This document shows, piece after piece, positions 1 through 13,190 of a stretch of DNA of 64,000 bases; within the stretch, counting starts at the first letter, position 1; every line of letters starts with the position of its first letter. Both the position numbers and the translations under genes were made by a program. The notes below the pieces were generated by a model that was not told the origin of the DNA, searched no databases, and was given only the letters and a program-made list of their open reading frames with translations. The DNA comes from Octopus bimaculoides (lineage: Eukaryota), in contig NC_068981.1 of NCBI RefSeq assembly GCF_001194135.2, positions 102,470,767 to 102,534,766 of the forward strand, read 5' to 3'.

Positions 1-1295
1 TCTAGCACCACGTCTTCTCACAATGCTTATGTAAATCAAGTTGAAATAAGAGATGAATTCAGCAGATATTTCTTCGTTGTCTATTAACTCTTCATAGGCC
101 TTTTCAACATCTTCAACAGGTAGGAAGGCTAATGCTGAAAAACATCGAATTTTAAGACAGAATTCAGAGTATTGTATTTTTCTTTGAGGCCTAAATCTGT
201 AATTTTTCAAAATACTGATTGGCTCAAATGAAACAAACATACCACGATAGATGAATTAAGGAATGATGAATTAAATGCCTCATGAACTACAACATCGAAA
301 TCTGCCATGCGATCAAGTGGCTATGCATTAGGTTGCATAATTTTCAATTGCTTGAAAAATAATTCATATGTTTGCTTTGTTTTATTCAGCAGTAATGCTA
401 ATACCTGTGGAAAACTGCTACCTTTAACTTGCACATGAATGCTAAACAGTTGAAACCACTGTTCTGGCACAATTTTGAACATTCCATCACATGTCCAATG
501 ACAATATGATGCTATACCCTGAAGAGCATTTTCTGATGCAAATACCAGTATGTGCTGTTGATCCTCAATAACTGAATTGTATCTCAGAAATTGTTCGCCA
601 TTATCAAGTTTACAATATTCTTCAGGCATTTCAAAACCAGTTCTAGCTCCTGGATTAGCAGGAGATCCAGAATTTTTTTGTCAGCACCTTTGAATAGTCC
701 TTGAAAATATAGGCAAATGAGGAAGTTGAGAGCAAGTATTTTCTGTTAGCTGTGTAAACTTAGCTGCTATTATGCTACATGAACTTGCTGCTATGTTTTC
801 CATCACTTCATGCTTTATTTCTGCAACTGCTTTTCTAGCATTCAACAAATCTACATCAGCTTGATGAAGGTGCTCATTAGAAAAATAAACAATTTTTGGT
901 TCATTATTTTCCATTTGCACTGAAGACAACCTTCTCTTCTCACATCTCTAGTATTCTTTCCCTAGTTTTGTATTGCTTGAATGAGAATTGTAGATGTAAT
1001 TGTTTTCATCAACTACTTCTCTTTTGTTTTTGGTCAATACTATGAACTTAGAAATGTGTACACGAAATTTGCAGCACTCTGTATATACAGCATCATACTT
1101 AAGAGAGAGATGGAAAAAGAGAAAGTAAAACTGTTAACAGTTATAGTTATTGTTCTGTAAATATATCATTAGAGATATTTCACCATGTTTTCTAAAAAAT
1201 TTATTTAAAATTGGACAAAAAGTTGTTGGACAAAAGAATCATTGGATAAAAAGACATGGACGAAAGTTACATTGGACGAAAAGACAGCACCATCC
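1..1295 (-). mobile_element. MULE/MuDR-type DNA transposon, left part: FLYWCH-like N-terminus plus MULE transposase pseudogene (runs off the window start)
   Basis: Minus-strand translation gives WTCDGMFKIVPEQWFQLFSIH...PQVLALLLNKTKQTY (321-629). It continues MADFD...VCLFHLSQSVF*KITDLGL and RCFSALAFLPVEDVEKAYEEL...SYF (1-300), typical MULE motifs with stops and frameshifts. A FLYWCH-like segment (NYIYN...EY*RCERR...NEHLH) lies at ~850-1050 and a subterminal repeat array at 1211-1286. Confidence 0.85.
1211..1286. repeat. Five ~15-bp tandem units (TTGGAY(A/G)AAAAG..) at the MULE terminus
   Basis: ttggacaaaaagttg / ttggacaaaagaatca / ttggataaaaagaca / tggacgaaagttaca / ttggacgaaaagaca. Confidence 0.8.
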
Positions 1296-1399
1296 ATATT
1301 ATCTGGTTGTGGTTGTCGAACTGTCTATTTCCCTTAACCACTTTTGTTTTCCATATACAATAAAAATCAGCAAGAAAGAACCTCAACAATAGCCAAATC

Positions 1400-1870
1400 T
1401 CCCTCACATGAACACTACTGTTTTAAGAGAAAGGACACATTAGATGTTTGTGGAGGAATGAAGGCATGGACAAGGACAAGGGGACTGGAAGTAAGGAGAA
1501 GTGACATCACATCAAGAAGCAGGTAGTTCAAACAGTCTCTTTCTTTGCTGGGGCATCAAGCTTGACAGATGCGTTTTGGGGATCATTTTAAGGGGAGTAG
1601 TCCTTTCTGGCCAGAAGATTGGGTAGATTGCACATGAGGGTATGTCTGCTAAGTTTTGCTGGTTCCTGTAGCCCAAAGTTTAGATTGCATCTTGAGGTAA
1701 GAGCAACCTTATTTGTGCCTTACAACATAATAATGTTTCCAAAAATCTTTGGAATGGTTATAGTTGGAATGTTGTTGATCTTAGATGAGATCCTTCAGAG
1801 CTCACTGGAAGCTAAACAACAACAAACCTACCATTACTTGATCATACAATGCTGAGACTGTGATTTCCAT
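1400..1870 (-). mobile_element. Possible decayed Penelope-like RT/GIY-YIG linker fragment
   Basis: Stop-ridden minus frame RISSKINNIPTITIPKIFGNIIML*...FGLQEPAKLSRHTLMCNLPNLLARK loosely resembles the post-RT region of PLEs; recognised by eye only. Confidence 0.3.
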
Positions 1871-1871
1871 T

Positions 1872-1928
<57 letters not shown>

Positions 1929-2540
1929 NNNNNNNNNNNNNNNNNNNNNNNNNNNNNNNNNNNNNNNNNNNNNNNNNNNNNNNNNNNNNNNNNNNNNNNN
2001 NNNNNNNNNNNNNNNNNNNNNNNNNNNNNNNNNNNNNNNNNNNNNNNNNNNNNNNNNNNNNNNNNNNNNNNNNNNNNNNNNNNNNNNNNNNNNNNNNNNN
2101 NNNNNNNNNNNNNNNNNNNNNNNNNNNNNNNNNNNNNNNNNNNNNNNNNNNNNNNNNNNNNNNNNNNNNNNNNNNNNNNNNNNNNNNNNNNNNNNNNNNN
2201 NNNNNNNNNNNNNNNNNNNNNNNNNNNNNNNNNNNNNNNNNNNNNNNNNNNNNNNNNNNNNNNNNNNNNNNNNNNNNNNNNNNNNNNNNNNNNNNNNNNN
2301 NNNNNNNNNNNNNNNNNNNNNNNNNNNNNNNNNNNNNNNNNNNNNNNNNNNNNNNNNNNNNNNNNNNNNNNNNNNNNNNNNNNNNNNNNNNNNNNNNNNN
2401 NNNNNNNNNNNNNNNNNNNNNNNNNNNNNNNNNNNNNNNNNNNNNNNNNNNNNNNNNNNNNNNNNNNNNNNNNNNNNNNNNNNNNNNNNNNNNNNNNNNN
2501 NNNNNNNNNNNNNNNNNNNNNNNNNNNNNNNNNNNNNNNN

Positions 2541-2590
<50 letters not shown>

Positions 2591-3823
2591 AGTCACACAA
2601 ATAGATCGATCGAGCGATAGATAGATAGATAGATAGATAGATCAGACAGACTGACAGACAAGCAGGCTGGTAAGAAAAAAAGACAGGTAAGTATATGGGA
2701 ATACATTTGTAATCTAAAATTTTCTGTCTGTCTTCTGAAAATGAACAAATTCTTCAAAGAATTATTTCTGCAAAAATACTATAAGCATTTTATTGCTTTA
2801 TTTATTTGCTCCCTTTGGAAATCTACCTTTCATTCCACTATCCTCAAAGACTTATTTTTACCATTAATTCTATTATTTTGTCTACTGCTATTGTACTACT
2901 GAAAATAGAATTATGTCAAAAAATGAAAATAGAAATAAATAAATAAATAAATAAATAGATAAACACACACACACTAACATGCAAGTGCACACACACACAC
3001 ACACACAAACATTCACAAGCAAACACATATATATGCACACACAAACACATGCACACGCATGCATCCTCTCCCTCCGCACACAAAGTGAACACTATAATGA
3101 AATGAAGTCACTGAAATAATTTTAAACCTACTCCATCATTCATTGTGTACATTTACCAAGTTTTGGTTGTACCTCCATAGCAATTTACTTCAAATTACAT
3201 TAGCGTGTTCATGACATCTTCTTTCAGAAATATCGATTGCAAATTCAGAATGATGGCACTGTAATTTAATTATAAACTGCAAGACAAAAAACTACAAAGA
3301 AGAAAAAAAAAGAAAAAGTATATCTTACATTAAAGTCAGATGGGAATATATTGTCGTAAAAGCCATAATTTCCATAACATCCCATCATAGCTCCAAGAAT
3401 ACCAAAGAATAACCAAAGTAAGTGTAATTAGAATATTCTTTCTTTGTTTTGTTTTGTTTTATTTTTATTTTCTACATTTTGGTATTTCTAACATAACATA
3501 TAATATTCTTTTCTGGTTTTATCCAGTCTGTTTTTTTTCTTTTTTTTTTTGGTTCTTTTGTTTTTGCGTTACAGATCACACAACATGACTCTCATTAGAT
3601 CGTTCTTCACTTCCAATGTCATCCAATAATTCCTATGAAACAAGCAAGAAAAACGAAAAGAAAACCAAAAGCGAAAATTAAGCAGAAAACTATAAGCTGT
3701 CACCTAGTAAACAAACACAAGGCTATTCTTGGAACAAATAACAAGATTTCCTCTTCTGTGATGACATAACATACATCTTACTTTCAACAGAAATTTATCA
3801 TTAAAATGTTTTATACGTAAGAA

Positions 3824-3985
3824 CAGGTGTGGCTGTGTGGTAATAAGTTTGCTTCTCAAACACATGGTTCTGGGTTCAGTCGCACAGCATGGAACCTTGG
3901 ATAAGTGTCTTCTACAGTAGCACCCAGTGTAGCTACAACCCTGTGATTGGATTTGGGAGATGGAAACTGAAAGAAGTTTATTGCA
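3824..3985 (+). mobile_element. tRNA-derived CORE-type SINE, 5' half, followed by (TACA)n/(TA)n
   Basis: gtggctgtgtggtaataagtttgcttctcaaacacatggttctgggttcagtc...ccttggataagtgtcttcta; matches the full copy at 57693-58095. Confidence 0.75.
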
Positions 3986-4024
3986 TACATACATACACAT
4001 GTACATACATACGTACATATATAC

Positions 4025-4082
<58 letters not shown>

Positions 4083-4535
4083 AGAAAAAGGAGGCAGTTA
4101 GAATTTTGGATAATCCTTTATTAGTACTTTTGTTTTACAAACTCATCAAGACAAAATCAGAATCAAAATGGTAAAAACAGCAGCATCGTTGTTTTAATGT
4201 CCACTTTTCTGTATGCTTGGGTCAGATGGACTTTTCTAGAGATAGATTGTTTACGACCAGGTTTCCCTCTGTCACCAACTCACACCTGTTTCAAAGTCTG
4301 GTGATGCTCTCCCAAGTTGTGTGTAGGGGGACTGAACCTGAAACCACATGGTTGTAAAGGCAAACTTCTTGACCAAAAATTGTGTCCCTATCATTTTGCC
4401 TGCTCCTACACTTTGCCTTTACCTATAGCCATGTCTGCATCCATAACAATACCTGTACCTACCAATATTCTGCATCCAGTGGTAAGTCTCTTGTTTGGGA
4501 ATCCTGGAGTTGTGGGGAGCATGGAATCACCCCAT

Positions 4536-4815
4536 TACTGTTATTTATGACATCGTTCGTGCATTTGTACTGGCTTTAGCTTTAGGGTTTTAGGGTTAGG
4601 GTTAGGGTTAGGGTTAGGGTTAAGGTTAGGGTTATGTGTATTTTTGCCAAATTTGGTGAAAAATTTGTGGCGATGTATTGAACAGATTTTCACCAAATTT
4701 GGCAAAAATGCTAATAACCCTAACCCTAACCCTAACCCTAAAACTCGAACCCTAACCCTAAAACCCTAAAGCTAAAACCAGTACGAATGCACGAATGATG
4801 TCATAAATAACAGTA
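4536..4815. repeat. Fold-back inverted repeat with (TTAGGG)n in the left arm and (CCCTAA)n in the right arm
   Basis: tactgttatttatgacatcgttcgtgcatttgtactgg...ttagggttaggg...tttttgccaaatttggtgaaaa pairs with ttttcaccaaatttggcaaaaa...ccctaaccctaa...ccagtacgaatgcacgaatgatgtcataaataacagta; loop ~4669-4681. Confidence 0.9.
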
Positions 4816-5242
4816 CTGCCGATAGTTGTTGCTGACAAACAATGGCACTAATTTTATTCAAGGGAAAAGATCCCATTACACTGCACAACGTTTTGTTGAC
4901 AATCGATAGCAGTAATTGTTTTCACCTCAATAGACATCAGTGATTGGTTCAAATTACCGAAATACAACTTTTAACATGAAATAACTTTGAATATAAAAAA
5001 TTTTCTCTGTTCTATAAGACAAAATATACAAGTATACAAAGTTTTAAAGTGTTTTGGTAGAAAACACACTAAATAAAACATAAATAAAAAATGGTTCCCG
5101 CCAAATCAGAAAGATCTGAAGTTTCAAGCTTTAATAACTATCAATAAATGTGATAAGATATGAAAATTATGCATCCTTATAAAAGCTTAGTGTGTCTTCT
5201 TTTTGTTTCAGACTAAATAAATTCAGATTTATAAATTAAATA

Positions 5243-6391
5243 ATGGCTATAAACCAAAATACAATCATAACCCTCCACAAGGGAGGTGAAAGCAATACAG
5301 CTATAGCAAAAATGTTTAAAATTAACTGAACAACAGTTTGGAAAATTGTTAAGAAATTCCAAGAAACTGGTTCCACTACTGATCGACCTGGACATGACAA
5401 AAAAAGAAGTGTGCAGACCCCTCAGCTTATCAAAAGTGTCAGAGAAAAGATATGGTGAAATCCTTGTCATTCCATCAGAAAACTGGCTGCCACAGCAAAA
5501 ATAAGCTGAACATCAATGTATCGAGTGCTGAAGGAGGATCCCAAGACCCACCCTACAAGATGTTCCACCGTCATGAGTTCATGCAAGTTTATAAGACCAT
5601 GAGACTGGAGAGAAGTTGTTTTATCTTGTGTAAGATTGCTGAAGGCATGCTGCCCAACTTGGTGTTCACTGATGAAAAAAATTTGACATCAAACAGACAG
5701 TAAACCACCAGAATAACCAACTTTGGAGTGTATCTGGCTCTGTTGAGGGTAGACACATGAATCGATGTTAAAATCCACAGCCAATTATGGTTTGTGCAGT
5801 GTGACAGCTACTGGAACGTCTCCCCTATTTTTGTGTCCTTGGATGTTATAATTATTATCCAGCAATAAATTAGTGACCTTCTAGAAGCTGAACAGCTTCC
5901 ATGGGTGAATGTGCACTTTGGAACACCTTAGATCTCCAACAGGACAACAATTTGGTGCACCTTGGAGCCTCCAACAGGACTCAGCACCATTCCACAGCTC
6001 CAAATAGACACAACACTGGATTCAGAAAAACATTTTGTCATTCATAGGCAAGGATGTATTCCCCTCAAGAAGCCCTGATCTTGGATTTTTCTGTATGGTT
6101 CATTTTGGAGATGATGGTCTTGAGCACTCTTCATTCTTCTCTTGTTACTCTGAAGGCAAAACTGTGCCAAGAATGTGGTTTGATTCCACAAGAACAGCTG
6201 CATGCCATGTGTGAAGCATTCACACTTAGACTTAAGGCTGTGATTTGAAACAGAGATGGTCATATAGAATAAATGTGGTAGTGTCATAATTGTGTTTCCT
6301 TTATCATTGCTTTGCAAAGACCCAAAATATAACAATATTTTGCTTTGGCAAAATTGAAAAAAGTTGGTTGCCTTAATTTTGGGACACCCTG
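5243..6391 (+). mobile_element. Tc1/mariner superfamily transposon (maT/DD37D-like), decayed transposase plus right TIR
   Basis: HTH region (MAINQNTIITLHKGGESNTAIAKMFKIN*TTVWKIVKKFQETGSTTDRPG), VFTDEK, QQDSAPFH, FPSRSPDL..DFSVW. The second-to-third Asp spacing is 37 once an 8-nt deletion is restored. Ends in ...ttttgggacaccctg. Confidence 0.88.
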
Positions 6392-7477
6392 TGCACACAC
6401 ACACACACACACACACATGCAATGAATAAGAATATAATCAGAAATTCTTCAATTTTCTCAAGTTTTCATCAGAGCTTATTCAATTTATTACAGAAACCTT
6501 CAAAANNNNNNNNNNAAAAAAAAAAACTACATGGCAGCCATATAGAAATATAAAAATGTCATGACCAATCTGCTTTTTTATTATTATTTTTTCATATTGC
6601 ATATAAAGATAGTCGTTTTTCAAATAAATTCTTGTTTTGCATTATGTAACGCAGAATATTAGAAGGATCTATGTATCTGCATTTTCAGTTAGTGAGGGAT
6701 GGTAATACATGTTTATCAAATGTAACGGTTAGAGTCATGAAGAATAAACTTTCATGTTTTTATCTGAATTTATTAATTTATTAACTCACAATAAACTTCA
6801 AATGAATAATTACATTAGTCACCTGAAATATTTTCATTAGCATGCAGGCTTGTTCATTGCTGACGTTCATAGGTGATTTAAAAAAATTTTTGTTTCATTG
6901 CATAACATATATTATTCATACCATATTATAATTAGGTGTAATGCATGCTGTGTGTTGTTTTATGAAATTTTCAATGACTTGCACATTTATCCTATAAACC
7001 AAGGTGGATTTGGTTCATGTAATACATTTTACATGTTAGTTGTTTTTTGTATATTTTTACTGTATATTGTTTCTGTTATGTTATATTGATGAAGTTGTTC
7101 CAGTTTTGTTCTAAGACTTAGCATGGTATTTTGATATCATTTATTAACTAGCATGTGTTTTATCCAGCAGAGTTTTCATTGAAATGCTGTTTTTGATAGG
7201 AAGGATCTAAAACCTTTTCTGCAAATGGTATTTCATAATCGATATTATTGTTGCTATTTACTCCCGGTAATGTAATGAACAATAAGACCTTTTGATCAAA
7301 GGTATTCCAGTCATGACTATAAAATCCCACATGCCATCCAAGTCACATTTTCCAAAGTGCTTTTTCTAAGACAGCAAGGTGTAATGTGAGGAAGATTTGG
7401 TTGATTTTTCTAGCAGGCTAAAGGACCATATAAAAGTACTCTCTTTGCTTCATATAACTGATGTTACTCTTTTACTT

Positions 7478-7666
7478 GTTTCAGTCATTTGACTGCGGCC
7501 ATGCTGGAGCACCGCCTTTAGTCGAGCAAATCGAGCCTAGTACTTATTCTATCGGTCTCTTTTGGCGAACCGCTAAGTTACGGGGACGTAAACACACCAG
7601 CATCGGTTGTCAAGCGATGCTGGGGGGACAAACACAGACACACAAACACACACACACACACATATA

Positions 7667-7706
<40 letters not shown>

Positions 7707-7850
7707 TACGACGGGCTTCTTTCAGTTTCCGTCTATCAAATCCACTCACAAGGCTTTGGTCGGCCCGAGGCTATAGTAGAGGACACTTGCCCAAGGTACC
7801 ATACAGTGGGACTGAACCCAGAACCATGTGGTTGGTAAGCAAATCTTTTA
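7478..7850 (-). mobile_element. CORE-type SINE with internal (CA)n/(TA)n, nearly full length; a partial tandem copy follows to ~8100
   Basis: Reverse complement of the 57693-58095 element (tttacttgtttcagtcatttgactgcggccatgctggagcacc...gggactgaacccagaaccatgtggttggtaagc). Confidence 0.85.
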
Positions 7851-8149
7851 CTTGTTTCAGTCATTAGACTGTGGCTATGCTGAGGCACCACCTTGAAACA
7901 TTTTTAGCTGAATGAATTGACCTCCAGGACATATTTTTTCAAAAGCCTGGTATTTATTCTATTGATCTCTTTTATTGAACCACTAAGTTACGGGGACATA
8001 AACACACCAACACTGAGTGTCTTGTACTGGTGGGGGACAAACACAGACACAAAGACACACATGCATAAATACTTACACACACACACACAAATACATATGA
8101 CAGGCATCTTACTGTTTCTTATTTCTTTATTGCCCACAAGGGGCTAAAC

Positions 8150-8355
8150 ATAGAGGAGACAGACAAGGACAGACAAAGGGAAGGGATTAAGTCGATTACA
8201 TCGACCCTAGTGCGTAACTGGTACTTTATTTATCGACCCTGAAAGGATGAAAGGCAAAGTCGACCTCGGCGGAATTTGAACTCAGAACGTAACAGCAGAC
8301 GAAATACCGCTAAGCATTTCACCCGGCGTGCTAACGTTTCTGCCAGCTCGCCGCC
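8150..8355 (-). mobile_element. tRNA-derived Meta-domain-type SINE
   Basis: Reverse complement of the 26728-26948 family (gaaaggatgaaaggcaaagtcgacctcggcggaatttgaactcagaacg); abutted by a CORE-SINE head at 8355-8500. Confidence 0.85.
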
Positions 8356-9508
8356 TTTCAGTTTCTGTCTAACAAATTCACTCACAGGGCTTTGTCGGCC
8401 CAAGACTATAGTAAAAGATACTTGCCCAAGGTGCCATGCTGTAGGACTGAATCCAGAACCATGTGGTTGGGAAACAGGCTTCTTACCACACAGCCACACC
8501 TGCATGTATAATATTAACTGAATATTAACTGTCTCTGTGCATGTATAAGCATTTTATTGATATTTTTGATCTTTGCTATTATAATGTTCTTTCTTTTCCT
8601 GTATTTATTATCTAAATATGAGATTGATTTCTCATCTGAAGTTTTACCAATGCTAGGCTAAGATGGATATTGAAGTATGGAATAGCATTATAGTCAAAAC
8701 CATTTTGTGGTTTGTAATTTGTTTCTTGTGTTGCTTGTGGTTAAGAAGTTCACTTCTCAAACATAGAGTTCTGTCTTGATCCCTGGAAATGAATTGCAAT
8801 TGTCCCCAGTTATAGTTGCCTGCTAGTGCTTCTTCCTTTCTGCTTTCAATATGTTGCTTCATATGCACTATTTGAGAACTACCAATCCTTTACCAGGACA
8901 AGTTTCATATGTCCTCTTTTTGACATTACAATAGCAATGTAGAAAATCGATATTGTAGGACTTCTAACCCAGAGCCTATCATCCTCTTCCTTTCTTTGCC
9001 AGGCTTCAGACCAGCTATGGCAGAGTTACACATGCACATGCACATGCACATATATACATTATAAGTGATCACAATATTTGGGACTATAAGAATCTGCAAG
9101 ACCTTCTTAAGATTCAAAAGATGATGAACAAGACAAGATGCTTTCCTTCCCATCCTTGCAGTCATGCAGTTGGCTGTTCAAAATTTATTCTAAATTAAAA
9201 AGAGAGAGAAAGAGAACACATGAACATACAAACATACATTCACTGGAACAGTAAAAATCTGTGAGTCTTCCCAGAAGTTTATCATTTAAGTATATATGAG
9301 CACGTCTAGATATGCAAATATATGCATGAGAAGACATGCACAAAACAAAATATACAAACAGCACACATACATACAAAATGCCCTGTTGATGTTGAAATTC
9401 CACTGAAGGAACCTTGGATCTAGGTTAGAAACTGGCTCTTTCTGCATTGGTGGGAAATCTTGAAATAAAACTGAATTATGACATACATACATACATACAT
9501 ACATACAT

Positions 9509-9551
<43 letters not shown>

Positions 9552-10641
9552 TACATACACACACCCATACACAACACACACAAAATCAAATGTTTTGTTA
9601 CCTTGTTTGTGTGACACATTTTGGACTGTAAGTATGTGCTCTATATTGGAAAATATAGTCTTTGAGACAGGATGGTCATAACTAAAACACCTTCATCATG
9701 TAAGTCTGTTCAGTCAATGCCAACTTGGTGTAGGGTCTAAGCAACAACTGCAATGACAATAACATCAAGAGCAGCAACAACTACAGGTCTAATATTCTAC
9801 TGTCTTTTTTTCCAATCACTACAGTTCCATCATTAATGAAAATATCGATTTGTTAAATTTACACTAGAAATGGGTAATTGGCACATAAAATTACACAAGA
9901 GAGGGTGATGAATATAGCTGATTAAATCGATCTCTCTGGATGATTGGTATTTAATTTATTGACATTTGGAAGGTTGAAAGACTGGAAAGTCAACCCTAGC
10001 AGACTTAGAACTTTTAGAATGGCAGAAGGACTTCTTCAACAAAAAAAAAAAAATTAAATTTTAAAATAATTGTCAACTGCTACTGCACTCCAAGACATTT
10101 TTTTTTTTTGCATTGATGAGAAAATATTAGAATGAAATTTTTTTGTTTAAGTACCTCATTGATGTTGCGTGCTATTCTACACACAAAAACTAATTAACAA
10201 TAGAACTAGTTGCAGGGAGATTTGCATTCTAACAATATAATCATATATGGAAAAGAAAAAAAAACAATTAAAAAAATGAAAATAATAAAAAATGGAAAGG
10301 TATTTTTATGTTTTTATTTTGCTATTTGATTAAAATTCTAAAACTTCTAATGAATACGTTCTTTAGGAATTCTTAGAATTCTGAAANNNNNNNNNNNNNN
10401 NNNNNNNNNNNNNNNNNNNNNNNNNNNNNNNNNNNNNNNNNNNNNNNNNNNNNNNNNNNNNNNNNNNNNNNNNNNNNNNNNNNNNNNATGAAGAATTGCA
10501 TTTTTTTGTTTTAAACTTACATTTGGTCATTTTTTCTTGTTAATAATTATTTGGATAGCCATAATGATGTTATTAAATTTTTTCCAATTATAATTTGCTT
10601 TATTTTGTTATATTTTATTATTATTATCATTTTTATTATCA

Positions 10642-10676
<35 letters not shown>

Positions 10677-10687
10677 GTTGTTGTTGC

Positions 10688-10736
<49 letters not shown>

Positions 10737-11129
10737 TTCTTTTTTTTATGTCATTTCCAGTCTTGCAAATCAAAATATCTTGCATTATTCATCTCACAGC
10801 AAGTTGCTATTGCTGTTTAGCCCAAGGTCAGCCCTGGTTGAGCAAACCTATAACCAAAGGCATTCTAACCATGGACATTCCATTTTTTATAGAGTTGTGT
10901 AGCATTTCAATAACCATAGTGCAATTAAGACAATAGTGTGTAGTTTGAAGGAGAATTGGCTGCTATTTTGAGCAGGTCAAACAGTTATGTCAAGGCTCTG
11001 TCATTTGTGTATCTGACATAGTTGATATTGATTTGTTAGGAGGTCAGCCCCACTGGTAGAAAGATAGTTATTAGTAATACAAATGCTTTCTTTCTGCTAC
11101 CATCCACACCATTATGTTGGTATTGATTG

Positions 11130-11390
11130 AATCATGTGGAGGTATGGGGCCTAGTGGTTAGAGTGCTGAACTCATGATTGTAAGATTGTGGTTTCAATTA
11201 TTGGACCAGACAATGTATTGTGTTCTTGAGCAAGACATTTCATTTCATGTTGCTCCAATCCACTCAGCTGGCAAAAATGAGTAACCCTGTGATGGACCAG
11301 CACCTTGTCTAGGTGGGGAATTTGCATGCCATGGAAACTTGGAAACTGGCCCTTAGGAGTCCATAAGTCTCAAGAAGGATGCTTGACAAC
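11130..11390 (+). mobile_element. tRNA-derived SINE, third family (V-domain-like 'gtgttcttgagcaagacatttc')
   Basis: tggggcctagtggttagagtgctgaactcatgattgtaagattgtggtttcaatt... Related copies at ~20400-20645 (-), 21220-21560 (-), 23000-23300 (+), 33311-33570 (+), 42040-42230 (-), 60840-61110 (+). Confidence 0.7.
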
Positions 11391-11624
11391 CAGTAATGAC
11401 TTTTGTATACATCATTGTAACTTAGCAGTTCAGCAAAAGAGCCTGATAGAATAAATACCAGGCTTAAAAGTAAGTACTAGGGTTAATTCGTTTGACTAAA
11501 AATTCTTTAAAGCAGTGCTCCAGCATGGCCACAGTCTAATGACTGAAACAAGTAAAAGATAAAAGATAAAAGATTGATACATACACACACATATATGCAC
11601 ATACACATACTTACATTTACACCT

Positions 11625-11660
<36 letters not shown>

Positions 11661-12954
11661 GAACGTTCATATATATAAGCATGCTTATACACATGCATAC
11701 ATATTACATGTTTGTGCGGCTTAATTAGAGTTGTTACAGTATAAGATACAGTATTTTGCAATATTTATTCTAGTTACTAATTCTTCTCATGAGACCAAAT
11801 TTCTCTTTTCTCCTTTTGGCATCCTATCCAGGGTTAGGTAAATAATATAACAAAACTGAGCAGCAAATTGCAGTATTCATTGAGTTTTGAAAAGATGTCT
11901 CATAAGTTTCAAATTTTGGCACAAGGACAGCAATTTTGAGGGTGAGTTAAGTCAATTATATCTGCTACCCCAGCAGAATTTGAACTCAGAATGTATAGAT
12001 GAGTGAAATGCCACTAAGCATTTTGCCTTGCATGCTTATAATTCTCCCAGCTCACTACCTTAATAATGCCTTATATTAACTGTTCTGAATTCTTTGGATA
12101 CAGACCTATTCTGTTTTCCTCTTTAACATCACCTGATTTTCGGGTGCTTTTAATAGAGTTCATGTCACTGTCACACAAACATACACTCTTAGAGAGAAAG
12201 AGCGAATATTTCATACCATACCTCCAAAAAGAGAACTGAAAATGTAGAAAATGAAACATTTAACACACAGAATAAATGGAAAGTTTAAAACATTATTTTA
12301 ATTGTAATGTAAAATGTTACTAGTAAATGTAAACTAAAAGAAAACACAGATATATTTTAACTACACCAAATATAAATCTTGTAAACAACAACAATAACAA
12401 CAGTATATATGTGCATATTGCTTTTGGTGTAAACACAGAGAGCAAAAACTTCGTTTTGCTAGTATTCTTTAGAAGAAAGCAATTCTCGATATGGAGCATT
12501 TTGCTGAAAGATTGAAAGCTTGCCATATTTTGTGTATCAATCAAACTGGCTGTTTTGTATATCACACATCATCCACAGTCAGTTACAGAAAACTGTGATA
12601 GGTAAAAATTATCTTATCTCTGTTTTGCCAAACATGAGGTAGTAAAGGTAGCCCTGGTAAGTATTTCAAGCAAAATACCTTTTGTTGGGCAGGAGAGGGA
12701 ATATAGCACCATATGTACTTTCTTGTAGAAACATGGACTAGGATGAAAGTGCTAACATAAGTAGCACATGATACACTTGTTCATAAGCAGGTTTATGTAG
12801 TATTTGGGAAGGAGGAACCTCAGTGACAATATTGACCTCTGGCTACTAGAAGTCATCATTGTCACTGAGGTGATATGGCACAATATCAGCAGGTGGTCAA
12901 TGCTGATATAACATTTGAAGGTAGGTGATTGAGTGTGATCCCCACCATCATCAA

Positions 12955-12987
<33 letters not shown>

Positions 12988-13014
12988 AATCACCATCATA
13001 ATCCTCATTATCAT

Positions 13015-13190
13015 CATCACCATTGTTTAACATCCATTTTCCATGCTGGCATAGGTTGAAAAGTTTGATAGGAGCTGGCCAGCTGGAGTGCTGTCCAAAC
13101 TCCAATTGTCTGTTTGGCATGGTTTCTATGGCTGGATGCCCTTCCTAATGCCAACTACTTCACAAAGTGTACTGGATGAGGCATACAAAC
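13015..13190 (-). mobile_element. RTE-LINE 3' UTR fragment with (GAT)n tail
   Basis: catcatcaccattgtttaacatccattttccatgctggcataggttg...gctggatgcccttcctaatgccaac; homologous to 56022-56280. Other copies ~25090-25340, 25480-26030, 33040-33280, 38755-38930, 39365-39705, 45640-45960, 50890-51090. Confidence 0.8.

Noticed and set aside
1211-1286. CRISPR-like repeat array (also 61562-61686)
   Set aside because: Eukaryotic context, no unique spacers and no cas genes; plain tandem repeats.
4575-4765. True telomere-telomere fusion scar
   Set aside because: The arrays are short and enclosed by non-telomeric inverted arms, which fits a fold-back element better.
12071-12660. Possible exons at 12071-12259 (-), 12452-12600 (+), 15690-15960, 35920-36170, 42310-42360 and 59605-59700
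   Set aside because: Each has at best one good splice site or an in-frame stop before the donor; no recognisable homology or consistent chain.
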